This document shows, piece by piece, positions 41,608-51,646 of a DNA stretch of 64,000 nucleotides. The stretch lies in IMG/VR virus record IMGVR_UViG_2061766007_002278; one strand, 5' to 3'. Made by a program: the position numbers and the translations under genes. Numbering within the stretch: position 1 is the stretch's first letter; each line of letters opens with the position of its first letter. This stretch comes from an uncultured virus (IMG/VR IMGVR_UViG_2061766007_002278). Lineage: Duplodnaviria; Heunggongvirae; Uroviricota; Caudoviricetes. The notes under the pieces are model-generated. The model was given only the letters and a program-made list of their open reading frames with translations, ran no database searches and was not told the origin of the DNA.

Positions 41608-41811
41608 CTATTTAAGGCCCCTCCATAGTGGTCTGAACCAATCAGGCGCATTCTCCCAGTCTACCTCGTCCATCGCAAGGCCCTCGTCGATGCAGCCTTT
41701 GACTACCTTGACCCAATAATCAAAATCCGGGAGTTTATTCCCGCCTTTTAGGTCTTCCAGTCTTTCTAATAGGGTTTTAAGGCCCGCCTTTGTTTCAATG
41801 TGTCGTGCCAT
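41608..41811 (-). CDS. Hypothetical early protein
   Basis: RBS AAGGAGG. Upstream TTGCAT-17-TAACTT promoter. Confidence 0.55.
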   Translation of the reverse strand: MARHIETKAGLKTLLERLEDLKGGNKLPDFDYWVKVVKGCIDEGLAMDEVDWENAPDWFRPLWRGLK

Positions 41812-42313
41812 GTTATTTCCTCCTTTTGGCTCTTCGCACTGATAAGTTACCTCTTTAAAATACCAGATGCAACCCTAAAAACACATTTTTTGATTTCCTT
41901 ACGTGTCAGGTGCGGGCATGTTTAGTTTAATTTAACTTAAAAGAACTTAATATAATATAAAAGAATAGAATCTAATTTAACGAATAAATAGTCATTTATN
42001 NNNNNNNNNNNNNNNNNNNNNNNNNNNNNNNNNNNNNNNNNNNNNNNNNNNNNNNNNNNNNNNNNNNNNNNNNNNNNNNNNNNNNNNNNNNNNNNNNNNN
42101 NNNNNNNNNNNNNNNNNNNNNNNNNNNNNNNNNNNNNNNNNNNNNNNNNNNNNNNNNNNNNNNNNNNNNNNNNNNNNNNNNNNNNNNNNNNNNNNNNNNN
42201 NNNNNNNNNNNNNNNNNNNNNNNNNNNNNNNNNNNNNNNNNNNNGCTTCGCATTTTTATTTTGAAAAGTAAAATTATCGTGTTAAAGTAATAGAGAATGA
42301 GAGACTATTTTTG

Positions 42314-42982
42314 ATGGCAAAAAGAAAGTTAGAAATAAAGGCAACAGAGGAGCAACTAGAGGAATTATACAAAACACTCAAAGCCGGTGCTCCATTACAA
42401 TTGGCTCTACAAAGAGTTAAGATTAGCATCGCCACTTATTATTATTGGGTGGCTGTTTCGTCTATCGTTGTTTATTGTAAGACTCAAGAAGAAATCGAAG
42501 AAATGGAAGCACTCGCCAACAGCGGTGTTTCTGTCCAGAATGTTCGCGATTTAGCAGCGGCCGCACAGAGAGGCCAAAAGACAGGCATCGGGGTTTATAT
42601 CGAGCCAAGCCAAGAATCCGTTTTACAATATAAAAACAACCGCAAGTTTGCCAAGTTCGCGGACCGGGTCCACGAGATAGTTTCCGAGTGCGATTCTATT
42701 AGGAGCGAGTTTGCTACTATACAACTCGCAAAGGTCGCTCGTTCTACAGACAAGAAAAATAATATTAATCCAAGCGGCGCAATGTGGTGGTTAGAAAGAA
42801 ACCTCCCAGACTTCTACGCGAAGCCAAGCGATAGAGTCAAAGACGAAGAAACCGCCGCGGTGGCGGGCATACCTGCTGTCGAGGTAGAATTTATCGACCC
42901 AGAGACAACCTCTAGCGTGCAGCGCCTTTCTGATATGGAAGAGCAAATATTAAAAGACCTAAAAGGAACAGGTGCGGCATAG
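42314..42982 (+). CDS. terS: Terminase small subunit (putative)
   Basis: Homologue of 3685..4350. Confidence 0.65.
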   Translation: MAKRKLEIKATEEQLEELYKTLKAGAPLQLALQRVKISIATYYYWVAVSSIVVYCKTQEEIEEMEALANSGVSVQNVRDLAAAAQRGQKTGIGVYIEPSQESVLQYKNNRKFAKFADRVHEIVSECDSIRSEFATIQLAKVARSTDKKNNINPSGAMWWLERNLPDFYAKPSDRVKDEETAAVAGIPAVEVEFIDPETTSSVQRLSDMEEQILKDLKGTGAA

Positions 42983-42983
42983 T

Positions 42984-44437
42984 ATGGCGACAAAGATTAG
43001 AATGCCGCTTTTCTGTAAAACTATATTAGAAAGCGACAAGCCATATTATTTGCTTTATGGCGGNNNNNNNNNNNNNNNNNNNNNNNNNNNNTACCTCAAA
43101 GATTAGCGTTCTAACGATGCTGATGTATCCATACTTTGATGTGGTCGTGGCCCGTGTTAGTTACGGTTCACTCGGCGATTCGTCCTATGCAGAAGCGCAG
43201 GCCGCTATCAACGAAATGGGAGAAAACGTATCAGAGCAGTTTAGATTCAAACGCTCGCCTTTGCGTATTGAAAGAGTCGGCGATGCCGGAACCATATATT
43301 TTATCGGCTACGGCGGCAGCAATACATCCAGAACTAAATCAATCAAGACAAAGCATAAGATTAAAATAGTAATATTAGAAGAAACCCAAGAATTAAAAAA
43401 CGAAGAAAACCTGAATCAAGCGCTGGCTTCTTTCCGCCGTCACTTTGGTCCAGATGTAAAAGTTTTTATACTTGGCAACCCTTACCCGCAAAAGGTCCAC
43501 TGGTTCTCCAAGTTTATCGAACAGCACAAGTTTGACCCTGACTGGTTAGTGATGAATGTCACATATCTTGACATCCTACCTTTCATCAACGACTACGATT
43601 TAAAAGAAATCCTCAAGATGAAGATAAACAACTACGAGTATTATAAGTGGTTCTATCTTGGAGAAATGACCGGCGGCTTTGGCATGGTATATCCGATGTT
43701 CAGGCGAGAAAAGCACGTTATTACTTTATCCGAGTATGAATGGGCCATTGCTAATTCTAACGTCAGACCGATTGGTATTGTAATCGGCGGCGACGGCGCG
43801 GTAAACAACGACTGCACTAGTTTCGTGCCTTTGGTATTACTAAACAACGGCCAGTCCGTAATTGGCCCGATATTCTACCACGACCCAAAAAAGGACGGAG
43901 CGCTTGGCTACCATCAACTCGTGCAAGACCGTCTGCTCTATTGGTTCGAGGACCTAACCCGGATGTTTAACGCTGGTTCATTGCTAGAGTTTAGAATGCA
44001 CCCCTATATGAAGGTGCTGCCAATCTGGATGCGTATAGATAGCGCCGCGGCGGACCTAATAGCGGAGTGTCGATTCTTCCTCGGCGACCGCTGCTCCGTA
44101 GACCCAGTGAAAAAGGACCACGTTCCTCAAATGGTCGCAACGATTCAAAGCGGCATCTTAAATAATAACTTTGTAATCATAGATTACGGCGGTTATAAAA
44201 ATTATACTACAAGTCAATGGGNNNNNNNNNNNNNNNNNNNAATTGGAGTCCTTGATTTGGAATGAAAAGCAGGACAACTACGACCCGGCGGTTCCAAACG
44301 ATGTCAGCGATGCCTTTACATACGGTGGCATTTCGTGGTATAAAAACCCAGAGAACATCCAATATTTCAATATTGCTAAAACTATGAATAGACAAACGCT
44401 TTTAATAAGCGATATACTTAAAACAAGGAGTAAATAG
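42984..44437 (+). CDS. terL: Terminase large subunit (N-gaps)
   Basis: Homologue of 4350..5772. Confidence 0.85.
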
Positions 44438-44443
44438 TATTTT

Positions 44444-44953
44444 ATGAACGAAGAAAAAAAACCAGTCGGCGAAGAAGCCGGCAATCAAGAGGAAGCCAAC
44501 AAAGGCATTTTATTTGATAAAAAAACCCTCGAAAATGTAAAGGAACAGGCCAGAGAAGCCGTCCTCGAAGATTCCAAACTAACCGCGGAGCAACGCGCCA
44601 CTTGGGACCAAATCGTGGCGGAAGCCCAAATGCCCATCGGCCTTACAAATAAGGATTTCAAACTCGGGCCACAAGAACTCGATATTAGAAATCTAAACAA
44701 TAAAAACATCCAACAGATGCTTTTTAGAGTCGGTGTTATCGACAACATCTACTTAAAGCAATTACTAAACGTCGGCCTTGATATTATCCGTTTGCTTATG
44801 GTAATCGCCAGCCAAATGGGTGTCGAAAATATCAGCAAGGCCACCGATGATGTTTTAGAAAAAGAAAAACAAGCCAACAACCTCGAAAACCTAGAGGTTA
44901 ACGGCCAAAAGAAAATCGAAGAACCTCTCCCAAGAGAAGAAAAGAAAAATTAA
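44444..44953 (+). CDS. Conserved hypothetical protein
   Basis: Homologue of 5774..6283. Confidence 0.65.
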   Translation: MNEEKKPVGEEAGNQEEANKGILFDKKTLENVKEQAREAVLEDSKLTAEQRATWDQIVAEAQMPIGLTNKDFKLGPQELDIRNLNNKNIQQMLFRVGVIDNIYLKQLLNVGLDIIRLLMVIASQMGVENISKATDDVLEKEKQANNLENLEVNGQKKIEEPLPREEKKN

Positions 44954-44976
44954 AAATATAATGAGGAGTTTGTAAT

Positions 44977-46804
44977 ATGGCTGATAATAATTCAAATCCT
45001 AATGTAGAAAAGACCGTGGAGTCTATCGGTGTCGCGCCTTGGCAGACTGGTTTGTCTGCAGTTGTAAACGACACTTATTCCTATGCGAACTCCTCTTACT
45101 TTTGCGCTGTAATCGCCGGCTATTATAGGGATTACGCTTTCCGTTATATTAGACCAAGCGTTCAATGGTTAGACGGCTACGTTCCCGCGATTCACTGGGG
45201 CGGCTCGGGNNNNNNNNNNNNNNNNNNNNNNNNNNNTTATAAACGGCATTACAAAAACACTCGTTGGCGAAAAACTAATCTTTAAAGCATTAGGTAAAAA
45301 GGACGGCGATGCGCTTGATGTTTTAGATTTCGTTTCTAACTGGGCCACTAAAGTAAATATTAAAAAAGCGGTGCGAAACGCAATCGGCTATACTTTGGCC
45401 GTTGGCACCGGTTTCCTAAAGGCAAACAAAAGAGCGGACGGCACCGTTTGGTGGGAAGGCATCCGTTTTGATAATGGCTTCTATTTAGCAAACGCAAGCA
45501 ACGAAGTCCAAGATGCATCGTTCCTTTTGCGTTCCTATACCGACACCCGCAAAGACGGCAGCAGCCGCCAGTTCTATTTGGTAGAGCATAGATTCTATCA
45601 AAAACGCAAACCTTTAATCAAAAAGGTGGAAGACCCAGTTACAGGCAAAATTACTTATCAAACAATAAAAGATAATGGCTACGATGCAATGGTGGAATAT
45701 AGAGTCCATTTCGCAAGTTCCCAATCGCTAAACAATATGATGTCGACCTACGAAGGTGACAAGTCTACCGTTGGCTGGAGCGAGATTCCAAAAGAAATCC
45801 GCCGCGCTATTAAGGACGATTACGCTTTAATCCGTATTGATGAACCAACGCTTCTTGGCTTCCCAAACCTCGGTGTTGAGGTATTGCTAAACGACGAAGG
45901 CGACATTTCCTTGCCTACCGGTTCCAACTTTGGCCGCGGTTTAATCGTTCCTGTAATCGACGACTTTATTATCTACGAAATCGCAGAGGCTTATATGCTC
46001 CGCGATATGTATAACGGCAAAGGCACAGTCTATGTGCCAAAAGCCTTAAACCTCGGTTCTTTAGGCGCTGGAATGCCTGACATTCAATTAAAGGCTACAC
46101 CAGTCGCAGATGGCCAAATCCGCAGCGACGGCGCTACTATTATGAAGAACCCAAACCCTACGGCATATCAACCAACCGGTATGAGTCCACTCGAAGGTAT
46201 GAGCGACAAATACGAAGTCATCCCGGGAACTAACCCAGAAGACCAAGCCGTAGTCGTCAATCAGTTTGACTTGCGTGCGGACCAATGGCAAACAATCCAA
46301 GAAAACACACTCCGCCGCATTGCCATTAAATGGGGTATGTCACCAAAAGTCCTCGCTTCATTTTTAGCGCAAGGAACCGTTCAAATGACAGCAACACAAA
46401 TCGATTCCGAGGACGATATCTCCATTGCCTTTATTAACGATAAACGCGCCAACTTTATCGGCGCTATTAATAGGCTTTTAGAAACAACACTCAATTTCTA
46501 CGGCAAGCCAACCAATGTCGAGGTTCAATTCGCAAGCCCAAGTTTAGTCAACAAGGACAGAATTCTTGACCGCGTTATTAAAAAACTACAAGCGGGCCTT
46601 TGCACCCTTGATGATGCTATTAGAGAAATCAACCCAGACTTGGACGAAAAAACACTCCAAGCCAAAGTTGACGAACTAAAAGCCGAGCAACTAAAGCAAC
46701 AACTCGCGGCGCTTACAGAAATGAACCAAGAGGGTGGCTTTGGCAACAACTACGACGACCTCGGCGGCGAAAATTTAGGCGGCTCAACAAGCCCACTGCA
46801 GTAG
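44977..46804 (+). CDS. Portal protein (N-gap near 45210)
   Basis: Homologue of 6302..8273. Confidence 0.8.
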
Positions 46805-46896
46805 TGATTAGTTCAAAGGTCTTTGAAGTAAAAATATACAAATCGTATGTTTTCTACTAAAAAACCTAGTTATTAGTTCAAAAATCGTGAACAAAT

Positions 46897-48000
46897 ATGC
46901 CAAATCTTAATTTATTACAACCGAATCCATTATTACTAAAACAGGGTGCTACTGATAATTTATACCAGAGCACCTTTTTGCCAATATTCCAAAACGCGGA
47001 AACTAAAATCAAAAGCCTTATTATGAGCGCCATCTATTTAGGGTGGCCGCTTTATAGTCTGCGTTTACAAATTGCCGCGGTAATAGCGGCGGTCAATAAA
47101 AAAGTGCCGGAAAGTATCCGCGACCGCGCTGCATATATAAATGGTCTAGTAAATAAAAGCGATGTATTTATTGCGATTTACTATTTGCCGATGATTTCTA
47201 AATTTTACAAAGCGCAAACAACCGTCCGCATTGCTACAGAAACCGCGCCAAGGCCTATTTTAGTCACTACTCCAAAGGAAATGTTGTCACTTTCAAAAAC
47301 AAGCGCACAAACCCGTGATTTATGGGCCTACCAAAAAGGCTCGCCAAATGTGACATGGTATGAACGCGAACTAAAAGAAACAATGAAAAAACTCGCCGCG
47401 GACCCGGTTACTACCTACGAACCCGGAAAGAAACCGATTAGTTTATGGCAAAAAGCGGAACTTGAGACCCGCTACGACCACCAAATGAAAATGCTGGACG
47501 ATTTAAAAACGCAAGGAGTCCAATACGCATGGACCTCAACCCACCCAAACTGCTCAAAGCGCTGCGCGCCTTGGCAAGGTAAACTTATGGCTCTGGACCA
47601 AAGCGCCACTGGACCCGGATTTAAAGTCGGAACGCTAGACGGCCACACCGTTTATTCCTTGCAGGATATTATGGCCCAAGTCGACAAGTATGGTTACAAC
47701 AACAACATTATTTGCGGCTTTAACTGCAGACACCGTCTTATTCCCTATAAACCCGGCACGCTGCCGCCAGAAAAATACTCGGCCAAGGAAGTCGCCACGG
47801 AAAGAAAAGTCGAGGCGCAAATGCGCGAAATGGAGCGCGAAATAAGAAAATTAAAGACAAACGAAATATTATCGATTAAAATAGGAGATATGGAGAACGC
47901 GAAAGCCTACAAGGCTCAATGGAAGGGGCTATTTGCTCGTTATAAAGCGTTCTGTGAAAAGAACGGTTATGCATGGTATGCTTACCGCTGCAATGTATAG
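46897..48000 (+). CDS. Minor capsid protein (MuF / SPP1 gp7-related)
   Basis: STHPNCSKRCAPWQGK and GFNCRH motifs. Confidence 0.8.
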   Translation: MPNLNLLQPNPLLLKQGATDNLYQSTFLPIFQNAETKIKSLIMSAIYLGWPLYSLRLQIAAVIAAVNKKVPESIRDRAAYINGLVNKSDVFIAIYYLPMISKFYKAQTTVRIATETAPRPILVTTPKEMLSLSKTSAQTRDLWAYQKGSPNVTWYERELKETMKKLAADPVTTYEPGKKPISLWQKAELETRYDHQMKMLDDLKTQGVQYAWTSTHPNCSKRCAPWQGKLMALDQSATGPGFKVGTLDGHTVYSLQDIMAQVDKYGYNNNIICGFNCRHRLIPYKPGTLPPEKYSAKEVATERKVEAQMREMEREIRKLKTNEILSIKIGDMENAKAYKAQWKGLFARYKAFCEKNGYAWYAYRCNV

Positions 48001-48009
48001 GAGAAACTT

Positions 48010-48294
48010 ATGGCTTATAAAAACCCTTTAGAATTAGCAAACGCGATTCAGACTCAATATCAACCATTTAAATTAGATAAGCAAAAATACCCTGATGTCG
48101 AAGAGACACCTTATGGGTTTATTTATAATGTAAACGGCCGCTCTATTACCGATGCCAAAGAACAAGCCCGCGCTTTTGATGGGGAACGCTTCAAACCCGA
48201 CCGCGAATACGGCTTTACTTTAGAAGTTGACGGCGACGAGGCTTATTATCCATCTTTTGAAGAGGCTTACAAAGCCGCAAAAGGAGTTAAATAA
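48010..48294 (+). CDS. KxP-tagged hypothetical protein
   Basis: MAYKNPLELANAIQ. Confidence 0.7.
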   Translation: MAYKNPLELANAIQTQYQPFKLDKQKYPDVEETPYGFIYNVNGRSITDAKEQARAFDGERFKPDREYGFTLEVDGDEAYYPSFEEAYKAAKGVK

Positions 48295-48295
48295 T

Positions 48296-48829
48296 ATGGC
48301 TGCTCCTCGCGTATATAAAAGTCCTCTTGCAATGGTAAAGGCTATCACTCGTCCTTTCCAGCCTACAAACCCTCAATTTAACGCTAAAAAATATGGTCAA
48401 TATTTCGATGAACAAGGAAACATTCGCAGAGAAACCGCTGCCGATTTCTTTAAAAAGGCCAAAGCGGTTAAAAGCATCGGATATGAACCTTATCCAGAAT
48501 ACCAGCCTTACAAAGACCTGCGCGTTTTAGGCTTTACTCCAGACGATTTTGTAGGTAATGAATCGGATTATTTGGCCGATGACTATAATAACAGATGGGA
48601 GAATTTTGAAATTCCCGCTAATGAAATCAAGCATTACAATGGTAAATTAAAAGATGCCCAAGCCTATGCTGATAAAAATAATGTCGAGGTTCGTTGGAAT
48701 AATCCAAGAGGCAAAGGGGCAGGTTACTTAAGACCGACCGCAAAGCCATCGCCACAAGAAAGTGGAATCGGATTAGACGAAAACCCAGAGCAACTTGACG
48801 AATTAGCAGCCGCGTGGGGCTGGAAATAG
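48296..48829 (+). CDS. KxP-tagged hypothetical protein
   Basis: RBS AAGGAG. MAAPRVYKSPLAMVKAIT. Confidence 0.7.
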   Translation: MAAPRVYKSPLAMVKAITRPFQPTNPQFNAKKYGQYFDEQGNIRRETAADFFKKAKAVKSIGYEPYPEYQPYKDLRVLGFTPDDFVGNESDYLADDYNNRWENFEIPANEIKHYNGKLKDAQAYADKNNVEVRWNNPRGKGAGYLRPTAKPSPQESGIGLDENPEQLDELAAAWGWK

Positions 48830-48841
48830 GAGGTAAATGAT

Positions 48842-49462
48842 ATGCCATACAAAAACCCACTTGATTTAGCACAAAGTATTAATCCAAACGAAGAAAACGA
48901 AACAAGGGAATCTGCCCTTGCTAAAATCGGCGGCTGGGCCAACGAAAAGAGTCAATATGACCTAGACGACCACCGCGCCTATTTAACAAGCGACGAAAGC
49001 GATTATATTAACAACGCTGTAAATAAATATAATATTACAAAAAAAGAACTCCAAGCGTTACATCCGCATTTCTTCCATCCCGACAATTACGGCTCTTATG
49101 GTATCGACGAAAACGAAACTCTCGACCAATATAAAAAGAGATTAGGTCGTAATCCAAGCGATGAAGAATACCGCGGCTGGATTAGTCCTAAAATTAAGAA
49201 GTCGTTTGACGAATATACCGCTCAAGGTTTAGATAAACGCAAAATCTATGACGAATTATACGATGCTTACGGCTATGAAGACCTTATTAGGGAAGCGATG
49301 GGCGAATCTGCTCCAGCCTTTGGCAGCAAATCCAAATTCGCTCAAAAATATCCTGATAGATTTGCGAAATTACAAAAATCCAAAGTATATGGCAAAGGCC
49401 GCACTGCAGAAGATGTAGACTGGGATTATATCGCAAATATTCTCGGTTTAGATTTAGATTAA
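48842..49462 (+). CDS. KxP-tagged hypothetical protein
   Basis: MPYKNPLDLAQSIN. Confidence 0.7.
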   Translation: MPYKNPLDLAQSINPNEENETRESALAKIGGWANEKSQYDLDDHRAYLTSDESDYINNAVNKYNITKKELQALHPHFFHPDNYGSYGIDENETLDQYKKRLGRNPSDEEYRGWISPKIKKSFDEYTAQGLDKRKIYDELYDAYGYEDLIREAMGESAPAFGSKSKFAQKYPDRFAKLQKSKVYGKGRTAEDVDWDYIANILGLDLD

Positions 49463-49478
49463 AAAGGAGGCTATTACA

Positions 49479-49748
49479 ATGGCAGAACAAGTTTATAAAA
49501 GCGCGTTAGAAAAAGCGCAANNNNNNNNNNNNNNNNNNNNNNNNNNNNNNNNNNNNNNNNNNGAGAAAGACGAAAAGACCAGAGACCAATTAAAGGCTCT
49601 CGGTTATACCGACGAAGAAATCGGCGAAATCAGCGGCGAAGATTTCGATTTAGCAAAACGCTTCTTTGAAAGATTCCCAAAGAAAGAAAAAACAGAAGAA
49701 TTAAAGCCTGAAGAAAAGCCTGAAGAAAAAGAACCAGAGGCAGAATAA
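49479..49748 (+). CDS. Small acidic protein with variant tag (N-gap)
   Basis: MAEQVYKSALEKAQ. Confidence 0.55.
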   Translation: MAEQVYKSALEKAQXXXXXXXXXXXXXXEKDEKTRDQLKALGYTDEEIGEISGEDFDLAKRFFERFPKKEKTEELKPEEKPEEKEPEAE

Positions 49749-50605
49749 TGGCCAACTATAAATCCCCGCTAGACCTTGGCCGCGATTTACAAGAGGAAGA
49801 TGCTCAACAATCGCGTGTCGTCAAACCCATCGAGTATATAGACCCGACCGGTAAGAAATGGACCAGAGGGGATTTTAAAGATGAAACAGAAAAGGCCAAC
49901 GAATACGGCAAGAGCAGATATACAATGTTCTATGATAAAGGCCGTGTTGGTAAAGATAACCGCAGCCCGGAAAGGCAGGCGCAAGGTAAAGAATGGATTA
50001 AACAGGAAACCCAGCGCCAACTCGCCACAAACCCCGGAAAGCAAAAAATCGCACACTTTATCTACGGCAACGGCGGTGTTGGCAAATCGTCTTATATTAG
50101 AGACCAAATACAAAGCCAAACACCATCGCTGGTAATGGACTCGGATATATTCACGGAAGATTACATCCCAGAAAGTAAAATCGACCGCAGCGATATAAAT
50201 AAAAACCCGGAGCGCCACTATTGGACACAGGCCGTTCACGACGAGTCATCCTACCTACGCGACCAAATGTTCGAGCCGCTTCTAAAGGACGGCTATAATG
50301 TCGTTATTCCTAAAGTTAGACCAAAGTTGTCTGATATTCAAAAATTAAAAGATTTAGGGTATAGCGTGCGAGCCACCTACCTAAACGCGCCGCTTGATGT
50401 TTCACGATATAGAGGTTTGAAGCGAAGAGTAGAAGGCGGCCGCTTCCTACCGACCCAGTTATACTCGGACCCGGAAGATTTGAAAGCCGGATTCCAAGCC
50501 CTAGTCGATAGTGGGCTACTTGATGAATACGACAGTTATGAAACTGGCGATTCAAACGACCCTTCTAAATTTTTTAGAAACTTAGTCGCTACAAGTAGAA
50601 AATAA
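49748..50605 (+). CDS. KxP-tagged zeta-toxin-like P-loop kinase
   Basis: MANYKSPLDLGRDLQ. GNGGVGKS P-loop, MDSD, VHDES, GYSV..YL and R..GGRFLP motifs. Confidence 0.75.
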   Translation: MANYKSPLDLGRDLQEEDAQQSRVVKPIEYIDPTGKKWTRGDFKDETEKANEYGKSRYTMFYDKGRVGKDNRSPERQAQGKEWIKQETQRQLATNPGKQKIAHFIYGNGGVGKSSYIRDQIQSQTPSLVMDSDIFTEDYIPESKIDRSDINKNPERHYWTQAVHDESSYLRDQMFEPLLKDGYNVVIPKVRPKLSDIQKLKDLGYSVRATYLNAPLDVSRYRGLKRRVEGGRFLPTQLYSDPEDLKAGFQALVDSGLLDEYDSYETGDSNDPSKFFRNLVATSRK

Positions 50606-50668
50606 TAACTGTTGCAACCTAAAAAGTGTCGAGGTAATATGTGTGTGCCTGAAGGAGGAAATAAAGGC

Positions 50669-50923
50669 ATGGCAAAGAAAAAACTCGAAGAAATCAACAT
50701 TCACACAGACGGTGTCTTATGGCACATCTTCCATCACGCTAGAGATGGAGTTGGCAACCTCTGCACTTGGATGCAAGAAAGCACCGAATACGGCCCAGAA
50801 TACGAGGCCGCGTTCGCTCAACATAACAAATTGATGAAAGAACTCGAAAAATACGAGGACTTGTTAGCGCAATGCGCGAAACATAAAAAAGGAGGTAAAA
50901 AGGAGGATGAAGGTAACTTATAA
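50669..50923 (+). CDS. Hypothetical protein with its own promoter
   Basis: TTGCAA(50612)-17-TAATAT and RBS AAGGAGG. Confidence 0.55.
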   Translation: MAKKKLEEINIHTDGVLWHIFHHARDGVGNLCTWMQESTEYGPEYEAAFAQHNKLMKELEKYEDLLAQCAKHKKGGKKEDEGNL

Positions 50924-51089
50924 AGGCAGAGAATTACCATTTAGCGTTCCAATTAACGCGGAAGATATCCCTGAAGAATACTTGGCTATTCTCCCACCTC
51001 TCCCAGACGAATTTAAGGCGAGGTGGCTATTGACTATCGATAGTGAAACCGGAGCGTTAATCTGGGCATACGACTATTATCGTGATTAA
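50907..51089 (+). CDS. Hypothetical protein
   Basis: RBS AGGAGG. Followed by a terminator at 51096-51121. Confidence 0.5.
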   Translation: MKVTYKGRELPFSVPINAEDIPEEYLAILPPLPDEFKARWLLTIDSETGALIWAYDYYRD

Positions 51090-51161
51090 AAAATAAAAAG
51101 GCTCTTTAAAAGGGTCTTTTGTTTTGCTAATATGTAAGCAGCATAAAAGGAGGGAAATAAT

Positions 51162-51407
51162 ATGCCATCAACAAGTCCAAAAGGTCCATCTTACGCATCC
51201 GCAGTTAAAGAACTCGAAGACACAGTCGCTAGACTCCAAGAAAAAGCCGTTTCTATTCAAAGGAGATTCGTTCCAACTGGAATGTTAAGACCAAAAGAAG
51301 AAAACGAAAAAATAGGCGATGATTCTGTCTTTGGCGATTTAGTGAGAACATTAGGCGAATTAAGAGAACTGGACGACACTCTTTCTTCTATCATTGAGTG
51401 TTTCTAA
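51162..51407 (+). CDS. Small helical hypothetical protein
   Basis: RBS AAGGAGG. Confidence 0.55.
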   Translation: MPSTSPKGPSYASAVKELEDTVARLQEKAVSIQRRFVPTGMLRPKEENEKIGDDSVFGDLVRTLGELRELDDTLSSIIECF

Positions 51408-51463
51408 TTAATCTCCATAAAAAAGGCCCTTGCAAAAGGGCTTTTTATTTGATATTCTATACT

Positions 51464-51585
51464 CAACCCGCCCGACTGGTTAGCAATCGTAAGTGCAGAC
51501 CGGGGTTACAATGGGCCAGCGCGAAAAGAAGAACCGTTGCACACTTGGCGTAACCAAGCCTCTGTCAAGCGGTTTTTTCTTTTTT
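51464..51585 (+). ncRNA. Candidate structured small RNA upstream of the DGR target
   Basis: GC-rich, no ORF. Promoter-like TTGCAA(51430)..TATTCT. Stems aaccc/gggtt, cttgg/ccaag and aaccg/cggtt followed by a T-tract. Confidence 0.35.
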
Positions 51586-51646
51586 ATTGTGTATTTATTG
51601 GTTTATTTGTAAAATAGTATTAGTTACAAAAGGAGAATCCTACTTT

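Noticed and set aside
41996..42253. ORFs running through N-tracts (also 63392..63934) and many short antisense ORFs
   Set aside because: Artefacts of unknown bases or shadows of the real genes on the opposite strand.
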